Under the pieces are notes generated by a model. It made no database searches. It was not told where the DNA came from and was given only the letters and a program-made list of their open reading frames with translations. 49,982 nucleotides of DNA from Alphaproteobacteria bacterium (GTDB lineage Bacteria; Pseudomonadota; Alphaproteobacteria; UBA6615), in contig JABDJY010000487.1 of the NCBI GenBank assembly GCA_013003285.1, positions 1 to 49,982 of the forward strand, written 5' to 3'. This document shows positions 48,453-49,982 of the stretch, piece by piece; within the stretch, counting starts at the first letter, position 1, and each line of letters begins with the position of its first letter. The translations under genes were made by a program, and so were the position numbers.

Positions 48453-49181
48453 ATGACCATAGACGATAGAGATAAAGAGCCGGGCCGGGTCGCGCGCCGG
48501 CTGATCCGCACCATACGCCAAGCCACGCTGGCGACCCTGGATGTCGAAACCGGCGGCGGACCCTATGCCAGCCTCGCCTTGACCGCGTGCGGTCATGACG
48601 CCTCGCCATTGTTGCTGTTGTCCGATTTGGCCCGCCATAGCCGCAACATCGCGGCCGACGACCGGGTGTCCTTGCTGTTTGCCAAGTCCACCCGCGACGC
48701 CATTGCCTTGGGAAGGGCCTCGGTGGTGGGTCGGGCCGAACTGTGTGACGACCCCCTGCTGCGCAACCGCTTTTTGGCGCGACACGCGGGCGCCCAATCT
48801 TTTTCCCAGTTCAGCGATTTTCGTCTGTACCGCTTGGCTGTCGAGAGCGTCCACTTTGTCGGTGGTTTCGGCAATATCCACACCCTTGAGGGCGACGCGG
48901 TGATGTTCGATACCGCGGGGTCGGCGGAATTGGCGGCCTCGGAGGCCGATATCATCGACCATATGAACAGCGACCATACCGAGTCCGTGAACCTCTATGC
49001 GCATAATCTGATCGGCCGCCCTGGCATGGACTGGCGGTTGACCGGCGTTGATCCGGAGGGGATCGATCTGGGCCGCAATGACGCCGATGCGCGGCTGGAT
49101 TTCGATCAGCCGATCCACAGCGCCGAAGAAGCCCGCGCCGCCTTGGTCAAGCTCGCCCACGCGGCGCGCGGCGAAACCTAA
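48453..49181 (+). CDS. HugZ-like / pyridoxamine-5'-phosphate-oxidase-fold protein with C-terminal DUF2470-like domain
   Basis: ..RQATLATLD..GGPYASLALTA....PLLLLSDLARHSRNI..D.RVSLL.. split-barrel pattern. C-terminal ..IIDHMNSDH..S..LY. Confidence 0.7.
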   Translation: MTIDDRDKEPGRVARRLIRTIRQATLATLDVETGGGPYASLALTACGHDASPLLLLSDLARHSRNIAADDRVSLLFAKSTRDAIALGRASVVGRAELCDDPLLRNRFLARHAGAQSFSQFSDFRLYRLAVESVHFVGGFGNIHTLEGDAVMFDTAGSAELAASEADIIDHMNSDHTESVNLYAHNLIGRPGMDWRLTGVDPEGIDLGRNDADARLDFDQPIHSAEEARAALVKLAHAARGET

Positions 49182-49311
49182 ATTCGACGCCGACCGTCCA
49201 TGATTTCGCCGGCGCCGGCCATTCGCCCTATTGGGAGGACCGCCGACGGATTTAACCAGCTGATGTCTATCTGGCTCGCTGAGTCCGTTTACAGGACCTG
49301 GCGGCTTGAGC

Positions 49312-49982
49312 TCACACCATGAATTTGATGTCCGAGGCGAAGGTCGGATAGGCGTAGACCATGTCGGTCAGGGCTGCTGTCCCCAGATCGTATTTCATTG
49401 CCATGGCGAACAGATGGATGATTTCTTCTGCACCGTGGCCGACAATATGGGCGCCCAGGATGGCGTTGGTCTCGTCCTCGACCAGGACTTTCGAGAAAGA
49501 AACGGTCTCGGCGTGGGTCATCGACGAGCGCCAGCCCGACATATCGCCGCCTTTAACCTGGAATGACTTGCCGGCAGCGCTCGCCTCTTCTTCGGTCATG
49601 CCGATGGTGGCCAGCGCCGGCACCGTATAGACATTGGCCGGGATGTGGCCGTAGGCCGGTTTCTGGCCGCCGCCATTGAGGATGTTGTTGCCGACGATGC
49701 GCCCTTCATAAGTGGCGATAGGCGATAATTGCCCGCTGCCGCCGATGGCATCGCCGGCGGCCCAGACATGGGGGTTCGACGTGCTCTGCAACTGGTCGGT
49801 CACTGACAGCGACAGCCCGTCATGGGCGACACCGCCGGCGGTGAGATCGAGATCGGCCACATCGGGAACCCGGCCGGCGCCGTTGGCGACCCGGTCGGCC
49901 TCGATGCTTTGTTGCTTGCCGTCATGGGTGAAGTTGACCTGCAATGAATTGCCGGCGGCGGTGACCTCGTCGACGGTGACGC
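49312..49982 (-). CDS. class I pyridine nucleotide-disulfide oxidoreductase (glutathione/dihydrolipoamide-reductase-like), 5' end outside the window
   Basis: ..VWAAGDA.. FAD motif and a C-terminal dimerisation domain ..AHIVGHGAEEIIH......TD.VYAYPTFASD. The reading frame is still open at the window end. Confidence 0.8.
   Translation of the reverse strand, partial: VTVDEVTAAGNSLQVNFTHDGKQQSIEADRVANGAGRVPDVADLDLTAGGVAHDGLSLSVTDQLQSTSNPHVWAAGDAIGGSGQLSPIATYEGRIVGNNILNGGGQKPAYGHIPANVYTVPALATIGMTEEEASAAGKSFQVKGGDMSGWRSSMTHAETVSFSKVLVEDETNAILGAHIVGHGAEEIIHLFAMAMKYDLGTAALTDMVYAYPTFASDIKFMV

Noticed and set aside
1-49982. Search for CRISPR repeats, tRNA/rRNA genes, IS elements, integrases, toxin-antitoxin pairs and defence-type gene clusters.
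   Set aside because: I found no regularly spaced direct repeats, no tRNA-like T-arm/acceptor signatures in the intergenic gaps (the longest is 272 nt), and no transposase-, integrase- or nuclease/ATPase-type orphan genes apart from the core AddAB.

Overview
GC-rich chromosomal segment whose marker genes point to an alphaproteobacterium: divL with a Tyr H-box, chvI-chvG, alpha-type addB-addA-trxA, PCuAC/SCO, and many TTT/Bug-type and Gfo/Idh/MocA genes. I support about 44 protein-coding genes. I found no rRNA, tRNA, CRISPR array, transposase/integrase or phage gene. Most of the window is housekeeping. This includes lapA-like fragment/OCD/AGE/pyrF-trpF-trpB-trpA-accD-folC (1-8190), trxA-addA-addB-tsaE-divL-ahcY on the minus strand (17271-28515), a porin, rapZ, chvI-chvG, and the copper chaperones SCO/PCuAC. 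Two regions look accessory. The first (8248-17113) holds two paralogous redoxin::2OG-Fe(II) oxygenase fusions, a lysine-to-aminoadipate type gene pair, an SDR, a DUF2249-like::beta-propeller fusion and an aldo/keto reductase. Two genes in this region carry apparent 1-nt frameshifts. The second (30899-44337) is a catabolic block. It has an ACMSD-type amidohydrolase, two Gfo/Idh/MocA oxidoreductases, a HutC/GntR regulator, a HIBADH-like dehydrogenase, tctBAC, a signal-peptide-less DctP-like protein, a tandem Dabb/EthD-like protein, DUF1194, a flavin monooxygenase and an extradiol dioxygenase. A 14-bp palindrome, GTCTTATATAAGAC, recurs in this block in front of three transcription units and is probably the GntR operator. 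I do not see a defence-type or otherwise clearly new multi-gene system. The most checkable novelties are the redoxin::2OG oxygenase paralogues, the cytoplasmic DctP-like/Dabb pair embedded in a TTT transporter operon, and the palindrome-defined regulon. All family calls come from reading the translations by eye (motifs, domain order). No database search was run.
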